A stretch of DNA of 26,293 nt from Candidatus Omnitrophota bacterium (GTDB taxonomy: Bacteria > Omnitrophota > Omnitrophia > Omnitrophales > Aquincolibacteriaceae), in assembly GCA_043803685.1 (NCBI GenBank), contig JAZDJU010000006.1, positions 1-26,293 on the forward strand, written 5' to 3'. The notes under the pieces are model-generated. The model was given only the letters and a program-made list of their open reading frames with translations. It made no database searches and was not told where the DNA came from. Positions within the stretch are counted from its first letter, which is position 1, and every line of letters begins with the position of its first letter. A program made the translations under genes and the position numbers. Below, one piece after another: positions 25,101 to 26,293 of the stretch.

Positions 25101-26293
25101 CGTCCCAAGACTCCCGCCCGTCCCCTGGAACACATTGGACGCATTGAAATAGCCCCAGCTAATGCTCGAGAACGTGAAATCCCCAGAGTCAGGAACTACA
25201 CTCGTCACGCCATACGTGGTGCTACTCGTCTGCGTCGTCGTGATCGTCGCGTTATCTGTCGCCGTCGTCGTCCCATGCGCGCTGTTCACCACCGGAGTCC
25301 CCGGTAATGTGCTCAGCGCAGCCTGGCTGTACGTATCACCCGCCACCACCGGAATGGTGGAGACTGTCTTTACAGCAAATACATACTGGTTCGGCCCAAC
25401 CTCGTCGCCCACGAAATTGATCGCGGCGATCGGTCCCGTAAACCCAGTCAGATCAAATGTGTAATTTGCACCGGCCACCGGGGCCGCCACCGTGAACACT
25501 TTTTTCACGTTCGCAGTGTTCACGAACTCCACCTTCAAAGAACTCGCCATCACTCCCATCGCCAGCGTCACGCTCGTCCCCAAATTCGCACCCGCCCCCT
25601 GGAACACATTCGACGCGTCAAAATAACCCCAACTGATGCTCGAAAACGTGAAATTCCCGCGAGTCGGGACATTGCTCGTCACGTTATAGCCCACGACATC
25701 TGCTCCCGCCACTGACGGTCCCGTCAACGTAATGCTCGAACCGTCCGTCACCCCAGCCACAGAACCGTGCGCGCTATACACCGAAAAATTATTCGGCATC
25801 GGAGTCAGCACTGTCAGATCCATCGTCGCAGGCGCCACCACCGGATAAGCCGATAATTTCTTTGCGGACACAACATAATCCGTCGTCCCAAGCTCGTCGC
25901 TCACCAGATTGATCGCAGCCATCGCGGTCGTGAAGCCTGTAAGGTCAAACGTGAAGTTCTGTTGCGTCGCGCTGAGCGTCACTAAAAACTCTTTCTTCAC
26001 GCCCGAAGTGTTCAAAAACTCAACTTTAAGCTTCTTCCCAGCAGTGCCGCTGAGAGCCAACGTCGTGCTACTCCCCAAACTCGCGCCCGTCCCCACGAAT
26101 ACATTCGAAGCGTTGAAATAACCCCAGCCCATCGTCGAGAACGTGAAGTTCCCTTGTGTCGGGACCGTGCTCGAAACACTATAATTCCGCACATCCCCCT
26201 GCGTCGGCTGTTGCGTCACCGTAATACTGGATCCGTCCGTCACACCTGCCACAGACCCGTGAGCCCCACTCATCGAAAAACTCTCAGGCAAGC
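22149..26293 (-). CDS. C-terminal >1380 aa of a very large, probably extracellular protein: tandem beta-rich CBM-like repeats + glycoamylase/beta-1,2-glucanase-like (alpha/alpha)6 domain + two CBM-like modules; 5'-truncated
   Basis: Frame is open to the window edge (TTG at 26291 corresponds to an internal repeat position); T/S/G/A/V-rich repeats; central domain motifs TQPTLIG, GDNANL, DRLANEFR, PWDGGAFQ..WP, GILSAS, YGLYDG. Confidence 0.88.
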   Translation of the reverse strand, partial: LPESFSMSGAHGSVAGVTDGSSITVTQQPTQGDVRNYSVSSTVPTQGNFTFSTMGWGYFNASNVFVGTGASLGSSTTLALSGTAGKKLKVEFLNTSGVKKEFLVTLSATQQNFTFDLTGFTTAMAAINLVSDELGTTDYVVSAKKLSAYPVVAPATMDLTVLTPMPNNFSVYSAHGSVAGVTDGSSITLTGPSVAGADVVGYNVTSNVPTRGNFTFSSISWGYFDASNVFQGAGANLGTSVTLAMGVMASSLKVEFVNTANVKKVFTVAAPVAGANYTFDLTGFTGPIAAINFVGDEVGPNQYVFAVKTVSTIPVVAGDTYSQAALSTLPGTPVVNSAHGTTTATDNATITTTQTSSTTYGVTSVVPDSGDFTFSSISWGYFNASNVFQGTGGSLGTSVILALNGTVGKKVKIEFLNTLGVKKEFLVTLAAAQQNFTFDLTGFTTTMAAINFVSDEVGTTDYTVETKGLKYVSAVTGSTYNYAGLTSLAASNPVIAAGSGNITSGEPAAVLRMTQNSANEFEYEYDLSPSPTCFAFNALTLGGVAYSLPSAQYVFAARGSDGERTKIEITDASNNKATFVIQLTSSFQNFTLNIPAGVNYAQIKEIVFVQDHTIGSPRMNDFVRVQTPGLSYAAPTPVAVFEATKAALVQEGLDYFDIGVGVDSTTHFPYDNLGTAGATPGRYTQPTLIGFYLQILGDVVSGKISNGMTRSEALTEINTVMTNLRSAQTTYGWNGMIPWLNLNPTAASGDTIALGDNANLSQSIAVMVGALESAGLTGAELTSAQQAATQADQYLNNQAAGYASFVDGTFGIFRAAYDVSDGAYSGYIDRLANEFRGAVAFLAVYYAGVPNSVWSNLATSTNDAYTDRNGVVIENLAPWDGGAFQTFWPALRNDESSYIGFRNSLYNMLATQLDYAYQNRIPGILSASMTPEGSYAGGAGIPEIAEANMVPSSTNTILGDVGSTYALASARAIDHNAVLGWLYAIDNLVGTTGSYGLYDGARSSTEVSNRFLGIDVASTILGLSGNGPADFTAYLRNRGLENAYNTLYDSTSRQLNVSRTTSDLPSAPEFPDRSMAVFSNLSSEGTINHFQAATTQNYGVRLAYTNLLGVDGGHFWMLDQNYNAQANQLILQYSAVDSPQLVRLELKDGSGTLLYQTTVALQQGAEFARLVIDLPDDAILANVREIDLVADAQEGGDATADFTLHAMNFQHVPSAPVVAFTAEAGSPAVTVLPANSASVSGVAQLVSSSAGSTLQHTAGTNLFNLHFDLTAANAFAEIKLNFDPSNNGSSADLSAVSQLIFGINSATATNINIEIQDAQGNTYRTSNTDIVGSGYYKFLTALAAAKVDLSKVKSIKFGVDQYSVLSGTSGNLLLEIGGLQ
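24390..26291 (-). repeat. Intragenic tandem repeats, period 492 bp (164 aa), three close copies plus one diverged copy
   Basis: Unit starts at 26291, 25799, 25307 and ~24830; shared motifs SAHG, FTFS..(S/G)WGYF.ASNVF.G.G, K(V/I)EF.NT, N(F/Y)TFDLTGFT..AAIN. Confidence 0.9.

Noticed and set aside
20..26121. Numerous plus-strand ORFs of 60-253 aa in the ORF track
   Set aside because: They lie antisense to well-supported minus-strand genes and show no recognisable motifs; consistent with shadow ORFs
26289..26291. TTG start of the 1380-aa ORF
   Set aside because: Corresponds to an internal position of the 164-aa repeat, no signal peptide, frame open to the window edge
1..26293. CRISPR array, tRNA, rRNA, IS or prophage elements
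   Set aside because: No short regularly spaced repeats, cloverleaf, transposase or integrase motifs were seen

Overview
Bacterial chromosomal window in which every credible protein gene lies on the minus strand. In transcription order (right to left): the 3' end (>1380 aa) of a very large repeat-containing protein with an embedded glycoamylase/beta-1,2-glucanase-like catalytic domain; an SPFH/stomatin gene; a ~350-bp intergenic region with back-to-back sigma70-type promoters and a candidate plus-strand structured RNA; a long operon ribBA-ribH-nusB-ribD-ribE-RsbW-like kinase-STAS-mlaEFD-TIGR04073-like; a DUF4870-like membrane protein, a coiled-coil protein, DUF151 nuclease, trxB, a hypothetical and a DUF547 protein; rplU-rpmA-obg-proB-proA-nadD and two CNNM/CorC paralogs; and finally a ParA/Soj ATPase fused to a glycogen-binding (CBM48/AMPK-beta-type) domain, translationally coupled to a degenerate MinD/FlhG-like ORF that the ORF track missed because it runs off the left edge. 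Gene content is suggestive of a PVC-group organism such as Omnitrophota (inference only). The best candidate for an undescribed system is the ParA-CBM48 plus pseudo-ATPase pair, possibly an alpha-glucan granule positioning system. All family assignments are from motif recognition by eye; no database search was run.
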